Positions 25,238-38,300 of a stretch of DNA of 64,000 nt are shown piece after piece. A program made the position numbers and the translations under genes. The stretch covers positions 51,894,001 through 51,958,000 of the forward strand of contig NC_088853.1 of assembly GCF_963853765.1 (NCBI RefSeq), in the 5' to 3' direction. The notes under the pieces are model-generated. The model ran no database searches. It was not told the DNA's origin and saw nothing but the letters and a program-made list of their open reading frames with translations. The DNA is from Magallana gigas. Its lineage: Eukaryota. The stretch's first letter is position 1. Each line of letters opens with the position of its first letter.

Positions 25238-27701
25238 TCAGTTTATTAAGTAGAACATGGTCAGCTGTTGCCCGGATCTCCTAATGTTGGCTGTGACCCA
25301 TAGCCTTCTTCCGGTTTGATCGAATCCGATCCCGACCGGACTACCGACATTAACCCGAGCGGAGCGGACAACTCGACCACGTGATCCGTCTGACGTCACC
25401 TGGAAGATCGTGTTCGATTTGCAGTCGCACACGTAAATGTTATCCTCGAAATCCAAAGCTAACCCAGCCGGCTCTCTCAGAGCTCGGTCCTGATATCTGA
25501 TAAAACATATAAATGAAAAAAGACATGCATTTGTTTAGGAGTAAAGTGTCATAAAATGCAAGGAAAATAACATAGTATTTCTCATTTGTATGTAACATTT
25601 CACATTCAGTTCTAATGTGGCATCAAAATTAGTAATTTGTTAAGAAACGTTTTACTTTAAAAGTACAACTATTTCAAACTCTTATTGATAGTATTCTGAT
25701 AATATCTTTGGACAAGAATAATATTCAGTAACTGTTATTTGGTGAATGACTGAAATTTTGATGTATGTCTCAGTTTCGCTCCTTCCAAATCTAATTCATC
25801 AATTTAATACACTTACATTTATAAGTTTGTTCTGTGAATACCTACCTAAATATTTCTTCTCCTTCAGATGACCTACACACGATAGCGTCTCCATCACGAT
25901 GATAGATCTGTTGGTTATCACGTGACACCACCACAGGGGCAGTGTACGTAAAGCTTTCGAGCGTCGGAATCGTCTGGATCTCAACCCCGTCCTCCCCGAT
26001 AATTTTGATACAGTCCCCAAACGACACGACAATCTTGTCTCCCATGGACGCCACGCCTTCCGGAGCCGAGTGTGTGTTGATAGCGCCCAGCAACTTAAGT
26101 CCCTCATTGTTGATACGATAATGCGCTATCTTGCAGACGTGTGGTAAGGTAACGATGATTTCGTCATCATTGTTTGCTGCCGTGACGTCACAGGGCGCCG
26201 ATTCGAGCGGGAATTCCATGACAGGGTAATAGACATCCCTCTTGAACTTCTTCAGCTTGTGGTTGTTGTAGTCCGCCATAAGGAAGTGGACTCCGTCCGC
26301 CATGAACATTCCTCCAGTGAACCAGACGATCCTCCGCTCGTTAGGAGTCGATCCGTTGTAGTCTTTTTCTTTGATCAGCTTCAGGCTGAATGGATCCGGA
26401 TGTCCCATGATCGTGTGCGGGATTTTCCCGGACATGACTGTGTACGTTTCCAGACTCCGTGAGGCGATATCTATGACTGGAGCGGTACGTTCCAAGCGCT
26501 GTTCTCCATTGACGTGATTATTTTCCTCCACGTTGGATCGTTGAACTCGGAGCTTCCCAAGTGACGTGATTTTCTCAGCCGTTGCCAAAAAGTGTTCATT
26601 GAATTCAAATCTGTAGTCCAAGTCTTCGGCCTTTTCTTTATCCACTGTCAGAATCTCGCGATGAAACCCAATTTGATGACGCAGTCTTTCTGACGTTATA
26701 AACAACATCGAGCTACTTCCGTGTTTTGCCACTGCCTCCAAGTACTTCAGATCGAGATCCATTGCAAGTTTCGAGCTTTGAAGAACAGACATTCGATGTT
26801 CGAGTGCCTTCGTTTCTTTGATGTGGAATTTTTCGAAACGACGCAGCGATTCCTCTCTGAGAAGTTCGAGGCGCTCGATGGCCTTCTGAGTCAAAAGCTC
26901 GATTTTCTCGGTCAGCTCGGCGTACTTGAGATTCAGTAACGTCGTGGCCTGCGATTTGTCGGCGATTTGTTCGTCTGCTCTGTGTACGATTTCAGTCATG
27001 GCGTCTACGACTTCCGCAAGCTCCCCCGTGCTCTTGATGTCTGTAACTAACTCGTCAATCATTTTGATTCCGTGACATTCTCGGTGATTCGTAGCAAAAC
27101 ACACTACGCAACAAAGCTTCCGGTGCCCCGGACAAAACAACTCGACAGTTTTGCCCTTGTGTTCTGTGCATGTTTCGTCAGTTTTCGGTTCTAGTCGGCG
27201 ATTTCCGGGTTTATTTCGGGCCTCTTCAAGAGGAATGATGCGATGGCCCGTTATCTGCTTGATCTTACGATGTATTCCTTTGCAAAACTCGCAGAGAGGT
27301 TCGAAACAATCCCTACACCAATGTTTCGCAGCCGATGTCTTTCCCTCCCTTTTACACGGCGTACATACCTGCGTCTCGCTGTTCAACGGAACTCCCTCCG
27401 CAAGGGATGTTATTAGACTATTATCCGGAAGTTGTCCTGTCCAAGTCTCTGGATTAGACTCGGGAACGGAAATGGAAGTCGGGATGTGGCAAATTGGACA
27501 TGTGAATTTCCCATCGAGCAGGTCTTTCTTTTCCTTGGACGTGATGTACGTATTGAGACATCCCTCACAGAAATTGTGAAGACAGTCCAGTTGTTTGGGA
27601 TCGCTGTAGTGACGTAAGCAGAGAGGGCACGTGAAAACGTCAATATCTGGATCCGGGTCTTTTTTATTCTTTTTTAATGACGTCACAGATCCGTTGTTCA
27701 T
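25238..27701 (-). CDS. TRIM-like E3 ligase (RING, two B-boxes, coiled coil, NHL-like beta-propeller); TRIM2/3/71-like expanded family
   Basis: Exon 25846-27701 (ATG at 27701) and exon 25238-25496, joined by a phase-2 GT-AG intron (TTT AG|A TAT). RING CPLC...CLHNFCEGC...CPIC; B-box1 CTPC...CRDC...LCEFCKGIH; B-box2 CTEH...FCPGHRKLCCVVC; NHL-like 'EPAGLALDFEDNIYVCDCKSNTIFQV'. Confidence 0.92.
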
Positions 27702-28922
27702 GTCCAACGCTGCAGCCTCTTTCTAAAAGGCTCCGATTGTAAAAAAGGAAATGGCTTTCGAACCTGTTTAGAACAGAACTTCCATAGCTTCAATTAACCT
27801 TGAGATATTTTGCAATTTCTCCTTTAAGACAATTCAGTAATGAAAACTGCAAGCATGTGTATTTCGTTGTCCAAACTGGAACCGTGAATACACAAAAAAA
27901 AAAGTTGGGGCACGTACTTATTATGTCGGGGGCAATCTTACTTAAATGAATACCTTTAAATACAATTAATATTAAAAAAAGCACTGTCCGCTATTTTTGT
28001 GAATAATTTATGGTTTTTAATCCAAATAAACCTTATATTTATCGATCCTGCGCAGTATTGCTTTAATACCCTTTCTATTTACTAATTCCGAATTCGTTTC
28101 GCCATTAGTAACCATTTGTAACAATATTTTTCCCCCATCGTGGGCCTTTTTTTAAATTATTTGTCCGCGGCTTTAAACAAAATCTTTGAGAAAAGACAAT
28201 AAGCACGACCGACATTGAATATCTATCTTTTTTGAACACCGGGCCATTAAAGACTTAGTGTCTTATCGAGAACTATAAAAGTACACCCTGGGAAATAAAA
28301 TCTAACTACCCCCTCATGATTTTAAAGAATGCAATATGCATGTTCATGTACTTAGAAAATGTGTTATCATTTTACCAAAACATATTATCAGTTGTTTACC
28401 ATGTATTTTTTTTTAGATAAGGACAATGTATATTGAATCACATATATAGAGCCAAGTAGTTCATTATAATGATGATATTTTCATTTCTTTATTATTTATG
28501 TATATCGAAAATGAATTGTCATGCACGGATCAAAAGGAGGGTGGAGGGCTGGGGAGTCCCCCCCCCCCCCGGAATTTTTTTTTGGATCCGCTCAGGATTG
28601 TGTATTTTTTTTTTTTACTATGATGCAATGGCAAATGTGCCACGGATACTTTACATGCTTCCTAATAGTAAAGGTTCTTTACACTGAAGGGCCGTTGAAT
28701 GGCTTATTTAATTCATTTTTCTGCAAATTACGCTGCAGTGTTACTAACAGAGTCTTTTGGTGTGATAAGCAATGTAAGAACGGTAACTCTAACAACTGTG
28801 TGTGCAAGTCAGAAGTTCAAACATTACATTCATTGATTTTTAAAAAGAAGAAAACTTGCAATTTGTTTCCTGGTAAAATATTTACGAAATTTTGATTTAA
28901 CTGTTATCCAAATTACATGTAA

Positions 28923-29141
28923 TACTGTAAATTCCTTATATTACGCGAGTACTTAATTCCACGATCCCGCTGGTTTGTAGCAAATCGCGAGAATATAAAA
29001 TCGCGAACGTTGAACTTTCTCCTTATTTCTTATAGTTTTCAACTCTCTGAAAATAATGGCGAGATTTTAAAATCGCGAAGGATGCTTCTCGCAATTTTAC
29101 GCGGATATTAATTCCTCGCGTTTAACAAGGAATTTACAGTA
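28923..29141. mobile_element. MITE, TACTGTAAATTCC...GGAATTTACAGTA family
   Basis: TIRs tactgtaaattcctt / aaggaatttacagta with TA ends; CGCGA-rich interior. Confidence 0.82.
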
Positions 29142-30045
29142 TCTAAAGGTGTCCCAAACAACCGAATCGAATGTGCCTGATGCATGAAGAATAGCAGGTC
29201 GATCTTAATATCTGGCGTCCAAATATCTGAAGCCCCAGTGTACATGTATATATGTATTTATGTCCAAAATCAGATGCTTCCATACATGGAAGATTTTTTC
29301 TAATGAGTTCTAAATAACATCGATGTTTTTGCAAGACTACTAAATAATTCCGCGACAAATACTTTCCATATGCAATGAGTTCATCTTACACCAGCCATTC
29401 AGGTATTTTTAAATACCAGGTAAAAATCACACATCGAAATGACAAAAGGTTTTTGTTTTCATGGTGAAGTGCATATGTTCGTATTTTTAATGACGATGAG
29501 AATGATGATGAGAGTGATGATGCATTGTTGACATCATGTTAATATTACATGTAATGGAGATAAGGTAATTATAATGATCATGAAATGATACGTGTTGCTT
29601 GCATGGGCTGACCAGTACATGAAATACTTGTACGTTTTAATACACTTATTAAGTTCTAGGTCTGCATTAATAATCCAACAAAAATGTGCATAGATCGTTT
29701 ATTTCATATTTCATATCGGCTACATTTGTTCAATTTCAGGGGAAAAATTCATAGAAAAATATAATTATATAACGTATACAGGTTATGTATAAGACTCATG
29801 GCATTTGAACACGTGAAACACACAAATTTGATGCACCAAAAATAAAAATGAAAAAAAAAATAAATCACCGCATGAGTATGTTTAAAATAAGGATGGCAAC
29901 AAATGGGAATAACTGAACTGAACACAATTTAAAATAAAGGGTGGTAAATGGAGTAAAAAGAATACACAAATATCATATACATGTAACATCAATACTCTAT
30001 ATATACAATTTTGGAATAAACTAAAACCTAAAACGCGCATGCGCT

Positions 30046-33000
30046 TTATATCATAGTTTCTAACACCCTCGGATCTCCAAGTCCCGGATGGATCTCGTCA
30101 ATGGCGCTATTAAACTCTCGCGTGATCTCGTCACTGCTCGAGATTAGGGAAGTCTGACTTGACACACCTAATGATGATTCTTCAACGTCCTCATACGTAC
30201 ATCCGGAACTCTCCGAAGGACGTTCGGAATAACCTCGGATTTTTGTACCATGAACAGGACGAGTTTTGTCTGGAATAATTGCCCCGTTTTCGAGAAAACC
30301 ATTACCATCAATAAGTTTTTCATTCACGACGTCAATTCTTGTGGTATTTATTGGGTTGGCTGAGGTTTTTGGGGGAACGTTTACTTTAGGTTTCTCGAGC
30401 TTTCTGTTAATATCTTCAGATTCGGTTTCTGACTTTGGTTTTGCTTTCGCGCTAACGGCATACACATTGTCACAGTCTTCCGAATCCGGCTGCTGATCAG
30501 TCGAATCACGAGACTGAATCGAATTATGACCAGGCTTCACGTGACTCATTGCTGAAACATCATTGGACGGTTGCTTTTGCCTCCCGCTGCGTTTCTTTGG
30601 CTTTCTCCGGCGACTAGCATCGCTAATTCCTGGAATAAACGGATGCGCTGGCGAGCCAAGAGCGCCACCTGGTGACAGTCTGACTGGTAGAAATACGTCA
30701 TCCTCACTCTCCGTGGTTTGTATCCGTTCCCGCGTTTTCCTCGGACTCCTCTTCGGTGACGAGAACGGTTTCAAGGACGCCTTGGTTTCCGGAATATTTT
30801 CGTACGTCTCGTATATATGCTCCGATCCGGAATCTGGTGCGGAATCCGTTCTTGAAAGAAAGTCGGTGTACGAAGGCGGGCCCGAATACGGGGGAGGGAT
30901 CTGGGAACAGCTGGCACCCGCCTCCGTCCGCCGCTGTTTTGTGTTTTGTAAAATGAATGGACTTGAGTACAGCTTGAAGTTCTCGCGTATTGCGTTTTCG
31001 CAAAACACCTCTCCCGGTGTCCGGAAGATGACGTCATGCGACATGGACCCGTGGTTGTACATAGGTCCAAACGGATGTCCGACCAACTGGAAGGCCGAGC
31101 CACCACGCTGTATTGGCGCCGGTGGCAGCTGTTTAAATGAATCCAGCGGGCGCGAGATGGGCTGTGAAGGAAGTTCTCGAGGGGAATTCTTCCTCTGGCG
31201 AGGACCAGAAAATGGAGAGGTAGATCTGCATCTCTGGATGGGCTGAGGTGGAAGGAAGAATTTCTGGGCGGATGGTCTACTTTTGGGTTTTGGCGCCATA
31301 TAGACGTAACCTTCATTCGCCACCGTTGGCTTCTTATCCGTACCCTTATTTGGTGGCATGGATTTATTTGGTGAGGAAGGTTTCTTTTCTTTCAGGCTTT
31401 CCTGTAAATTGCGCGCCAGTTCAACCATTGTTAAGTTACCTCCATACACGTTGCGCGGTTGAGGCGTGTGTGATCGCGGAATCGTGTTCGGATTGGCTTT
31501 CCGGTACGGCTGCGGAGTTATCGCTCTCCTTTGGATCGCGGAAGCAGCGACTGATGTCGCACCGTCCGCTGCAATTGTGTCTAGATTTCCCTGAGATTTT
31601 AACAATCGAGTTTCTTCCTGGTATCTCTTTTGCAGATCCAAAATCAGTAATAGCTGTTTAGTGTCCAGATTATTCAAGGTCACTGCACGTCTATCTCTTC
31701 TCCTGTGTTCTTTTAAGCGCCCTTTCTTAACTTTGTCACTCTCAGATGAATTATAAATCAAGTCTATGGAATCACAAGATTTTGACCGAGATAAGGTTTT
31801 GTCAACGAGAATTTCGTGTTTGTCCTGATTTTTTAAGATCCCGGGCGGACAGGTGTTTCTTCCGTCAAACTGACTGTAAACATCCGGTTTAGTGTGACTT
31901 ACACTTCCGGTACGCGTAGTCTCTACTTCCGGTTCGGCGTCACTGTCGCTGCAGGACGAGCCTCCACTGACGGTGAAGATCTCTTCATATGTTTCATTCT
32001 GAAATTTAAAAAAAAACAATAAACAAATGAGTACACTTGTGAACTAAGGAAAATTTATAGTAGCGTTAGTTCAAAGATGTCGAATAACACTGTGCCGGAT
32101 AATTATGCCTGTGCTAAGATGGCATTTTTGCACCCGTCTAAGCTGCATATATCGAAAAATGCAAAATGATATGCCACGCGATAGACCATTGCTTAAGGAG
32201 TTTATTACCACCCTTGTTATTAATGTATCTCATCTGTCAGGTGAGATATTTACCTTTAAGAATAAAGTTTAACAGAAAAATAATTTCCTATATTATATTT
32301 TGAATTTCCTACCGGAATAAAAGAAGAAAGGAATTTAAACTTCGATATGATTTAAACAAAACTCCCACAGGATTTTAAAATCCAATAGGAAGTCTTAAGT
32401 TAGCATTATAGTAAAACTACCTGTCTGAATCAAATTGCATCTTAAGCGGGTGCACAAATGACACCTTGGCACTGGCATAATTATCCGGCACAGTGTTAAA
32501 TTATATGTTAATTGTAAGCGTATCTGCTTAGTTTAAAATATATTGAAACTTATTCGATTAAACTTACTGCAAGTCATTCTCATATTCAAATTTAGGTTGT
32601 AAACAGGTATTGAAGGTTAAGTGTGTTAAACACTTTATACTCTATATACAATATTCGATTTATTTAAAACTTTAAACACAAACTGCAAACAATAACGGTG
32701 TTGGAACTATTTTCTAGTATTAAAAAAACCAAAACAATAAACGTCGGATATTTCACAACTTCTTATATGTTCGTCTCCCGAAATACATTATCACATGGTA
32801 AGAAATCCAGCTCTAAGTTGAATACGTACAAGAGAACAAAATCCGAACTTAATGATGAAATAATAAAATTAACGACGATACTTAAGAACTATTCCAGAGG
32901 AAGGAGGGGTCAAAAACAAAACAATGTCCAATAGGTAGGAGTCAATGATGAAGTAACTATTAGAATTAAAAAAGTCAATGTAACCCCCCCCCCCCTTTCA

Positions 33001-35254
33001 ACCAGGATCCTTGAGTACAGTTCATCGGTTGTGCGTGTTGATATCAAGTGCATCATATGAACCTGACGTCACAAAACATCTTTCGTTCAGCAGACGACAA
33101 CTACTTCTTACCTATTTTTGTGGGAATACTAAGTACTATAGCGGGCATACTAGTGTAGACTCTTATCTTTGACACTGAACTTGATGACGTTTTATTCTAT
33201 ATAATCTGTACAAGAGTGGGACGTTATGCAGACAGAGTCCCCGGTAGGTCATTTTTAAAACTCCGATAAGGCCAATTCCACTGCAGTCAGCCATTTTACA
33301 ACATGGAGTCGCATGTCATTCTAGCTTCCCTTGTATGTTTCTGTTTAGTAAGTTACGTAAACTGTGATGAAGCCGCGCATCAACAAAGCGGAGATTTGAT
33401 TGGTCGATTGGTGGATACGATTCAGAGGCTGGAAAGTCGGGTGAAAGAACTGGAAACCAGCGCCATCTATGGGCAGAAGGAGAGGGAGGAAATGCGGGCA
33501 AGAATCGAAGATTTGTCGGAAAAGTGCGATACAGAACACTCAGGAATAGCCAAACGTAAATTCAAACATTTTTATTAATAGTAATTTTTCCTTTCCCAGC
33601 AAAAATAGTTTTTGTTACTTAATTAATATACACGAACTTTAATTCCTCAACATAGAGGATCATTCATAGTACAGTGTACATCTTTCTATTTTTGTCGCAT
33701 GATATGTAGAAGTCATATACATATTAATATGCAGGATTTTAGACCCTTTGGTTATCAACGGTCAACTTTGCAATTGTTTAAGCCACATTTAGGACATGAT
33801 GTATAACAACCCAATTTTGTTTTTGCGCAGTCCACAATAGAAATTTTTCTAAATGTCAGATTTAAACTTTTTGTCTAGGTCAAGGAAATTCCAATCATAA
33901 CGCATTCTACGCCTACATGAGCACAAATCTACAGTATCCCCATCCGGATCGCACTTTCATTTTCGATACCGTCCGTACAAACGTAGGTTCCGGGTACAGT
34001 AACTCCTCGGGACTTTTCACTGCTCCCCATGCTGGGACGTTCGTGTTTGCTTGGACTGTGGTCGTTGATGCCACCTCGTTCGTCTTCTCGGAACTCTCCG
34101 TCAACAACGTGGCGATGGGTGAGTTAATATTCTCACGCAATTTCTTATTCACATGTTTGAGGTTATACAAAGAACAAAAGCAAATTGAGGAGAGCAGACG
34201 ATATTTTGGTATAACACTTCTTTGTTATCAGCAATTAGGAGTATTTATATCCATATTCAAATTGTTCAATACAGCATCAAAATTTTACCAAGGTCAACCA
34301 TAGGAATTAACTAATTAGACCATAAGCTCTTATTTTATCGATTGACATTTACATAAAAAGGAAGAATATTTAATTATGACCACGCCCCCTCTCTTACAGG
34401 CAATGTAATCTCAGACAGTCAGGAAAACAATGAGTACCACACGACCACAGGGATGGTGGTGGCCCAACTCAGCCAGGGGGACGTGGTCAAGGTGCGCTCT
34501 AACCCCAAGGTCACCATACACGGGAGTGTTCTCAGCTCCAACACGCATCGAACTTCCTTTTCCGGATTCCAGCTCTACTAAATGAACTTCATTTTTTTTT
34601 ACTGCCAGTTCGAATTTTCTCTGCATTTTGGCAAGAATGGCAGGTTTTAGTTTTTAAGTTTATTCGTCGTGGAAATGTTGTATGGTGTGATATCTGAATG
34701 CAAGCAATAAGTCTCTAACCGGTTCTTTTATCAAATTAGTTGACAGGAATAAAAATACATGTACTATTACAGAAAATTATCGCTGTTGGTCTTTGTTTTG
34801 TTTTGTATTGTTTTTGTACTTTTTTTGGGGGGGGGGGGGGTTAAATAATCAAAATACTGGAGCGAGAAATAGATGTTTATGGGTTGGACGCAATCTGGTT
34901 TAGAATTAACCGACTTAAAAACAACAGTAGTTACAGTCAACATGAACAGGTGTAGCATCTGTTTACTTGCCATATGATCTATCCCATTAGCAAGTGTAGG
35001 GTGGCATTCATCATTAAAATGTGATCTTTTGTCATATTTACGCTATTACAGTTTTGTTTTTAAAACAGTTCATCTTTTATGCTAATATGGTTTTGTGATA
35101 CTCATAAGTAAAACGAGAAAATTAATACGATTTAAATAATTGTTACACGATACTATTATCCCGATAAAACGTTTAAGTTAACGTGTCCATAAAAAAAAGA
35201 TGCATAAAAAGAATACCTTAATAACCCTCCGTTGTAATCTGTGTTTAATGTGTA

Positions 35255-35316
<62 letters not shown>

Positions 35317-38300
35317 CTTAAAATTTTTCTTTTCTCCAACTTTATGATGAGGAATGTAAGGACAGCAACAATTGTACACACGATGAATATTGACAGATAG
35401 AGGGCGCACTCCGCATAAAGCAGTACCGGAAGTATAGATTCGATAACGTCACAGCTGTTTGTTCTCTCAAATTCAATTTTCACTTTTTCTGAAAAGATGA
35501 AAAAATAATTACATTCAAAATGTAACAATATTTAGCTTAGGCTAATATTATATTAATGGCTTTTTATGCTTACTACATGTATCAACTATTTAAAGTTAAA
35601 AGTCTACTGAGATCTCTAAGAGTAAATTAAGTATTTCATCCGTATAAAACGAATGAACTCGCATTTGTCTGTTTGTTGTAAAAATTCATATATTCCTATA
35701 CATACAAAATTTTTTTTCTGTCAACTCGATTTCAGTCAAATAAATTAAAAATAATGAAAGGAATCTGAAGACCATAGATTATCGGCAGATGAGTACTTTC
35801 AGTACTTTGATTAAAGACTTATCTGAAAAACTTACCCGAGGGGAGAAACTCGATACTGAGACCGTCCCGCCTGTAGGAAGTCTGACATTCACACACCGAC
35901 TCCTGCTTTCGGTACGTGCACGAGTCGATGTTCTTGATGGGGGAGAGCACGTGAGTGGCGCACAGGATGACCGAGACCACACACAACAGTCCGCACCCCA
36001 CGGCCACCGACAGACACACGAAGATCTACAATAGATAAATCAATTATTGATTGATTATTAGATGGATGGATTTGTCATGGAGAAAAACTTACAGGTTTTC
36101 AATATACTTATTCATCTCTAAAATATGTATTTAAATTTAATAATTCAAACAGTTAAAATATATTTCAAAGAAATGAAAATTTAACTGTTTGAATTATTAA
36201 ATTTAAATACATATTTCAGAGATAAATAAGTACATTCAAAAACTGTAAGTTTTTCTCCATGACAAATTTGTCATGTAATCATTTTCAACTTTAGATTGGA
36301 AATCAATAAAAGACGGATTGATTGATTATTGATTGTTTTGATTTATATTATTGATTCGACAATGGAGTAATCATTTGACTGGCATATTATGTGATTATAT
36401 TTTAGAGCGATAGTTTGATTAATTTATTGATAGATTGATGGATGCTTGAAAAAATATGAAAGCTGGATAGTAGATCGCTAGGTTCTTCCATTCATTCGTA
36501 CCTGTAGTGTTACAAACTAAAATGAGAAATCGTTCCACTTTTAAAAGAATGTCGTCTTATTTCAATTTGTATTATTTTCTGTATAGACAATCTCTATGAA
36601 TACAACAACAGCAAAAAATCCAGATATTTTAAAAATATATCACAGATGAAAAATTATAAAAATCACAAAATGCCCTTACCAGACAAGATGGCCGCCACCA
36701 AAATAGAACGAGGACAATAGCACCTTTTACAAGCACCTGCAATTAAAAACAAATGATTCAATATACACGTGTATGTGACACTTTTAACATTTTCTAATTT
36801 AACGAATTTAGTAAGTTTTATTAACATTCCACGGTTACCTCTATTGATTTATTTAACATTTCGTTTTATATTTTTAATTTCATGACACTCCTTTACATGA
36901 AAAAAAAAATTCCTCCTCATATTATCTCTCTTCTTTAAAATGTGTTATGTGATATACTTTTCTATGTGTAAAAATTTTAATTACTTAATCCGATAAACTT
37001 GTTAAAGGGCGGGGGTATGAAATGGTATGTGACGAAAATAAAAAGCAGAATAGATACATGTAAGTGATTCCTTTAATTGATACATTTGAGTCTTTAACAT
37101 TTTTACTATATAGTCACCCTACAACATGTTTAGGCACTCTATAAATGTATTCGAGTTTCCTTTGGTACCCCCAAAATAATGGTGTAGAGTATTAAACCAC
37201 TACAATTATCGTTATCTATTCACTCTTCATGTTTGATGGTTGACGAAAAAAAATTCTTTAAGATCAAGTATTTTAATTGGCTCAGATGCGCTTGAATTGC
37301 GACGAAAATGAATGCTCTCCACGCGATAAACCCCGTGTCTGATCATCCAACCGTGACGAAAAGTGTGTGTAAAAGGCGACAATGGCCACGCCTGATTAAA
37401 CACACGAGTGTCGGGGGGAAGAGGTCGTGCATGCTGAGATTATTTGCATAAATTCCTTCACAGGTTGATATCGAATTCTTGCTGTAGAATATCTTTAGAG
37501 TAAATACGTCTTAGAATTGTGATCCAGAACAGAAGGTTAAAATTTCTTTTTACAGATTGAGATTAAGAATGAAAGATCAAATAATTCTCGTTCTAAAAAT
37601 AAAGATATGTCTTCCTGGCGTTATCTTGATTAACCAATCTTTATATATAAAAAAACCCCGAAAACCACACGTGATTATTTTGCACGTGCTGTACTGTTAT
37701 CAACTTTGTTCAACTTTCACTTTTCCCCTCCCTTCGGTGGGCCCCCGATAGCGGTTCCCACGTGTTGTTTTTATCTGCCGGACCATCGAAGGTTGTTTAT
37801 TAAATTAAACTTAAAACAGATGTCGAATTTATCATGTCACTCTTTTTTCTTCCCACTTCATCAGCAGGCACCGGGAGTAACGAGGAAGTTGTACGACTGG
37901 AGCCACAGTCTTAATCAGCGCGGTATCAGCCAAATGACTCTTAGAGTTTTAATACAAAGATAATAAATGAACTTGGTTGTTAGCGCAAAATGTGCAAACA
38001 TCTTCATGAAAGAATTTTGTATTCTGTTGAATAAACAAATTGTTCTTTTTCTTATGAGGGAAAAATATTATACGATTCATATGTTTCAGAGTTTTGTTTT
38101 ATACATCCAATCTAGTAAACAGACCTAGAGAATTTGCCCTTAAAATATTACTAATAATGCTTTCAAGTATATAGAGTATATTTGTTGTTTTGTTGTTTTT
38201 TGATGTGGTGGTTGGGGGGGGGGGTAAATTTTTAGCTTTGTCATGCATAGTAAAGGGTTTTAATTAACTTGAAATGCATTGTACATTTCCATTGATATAG

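Noticed and set aside
34767-34973. Minus-strand ORF with a signal-peptide-like start inside the host intron
   Set aside because: It runs into poly-C/low-complexity sequence. The upstream acceptor gives a stop in the host's phase, and no further exons were found.
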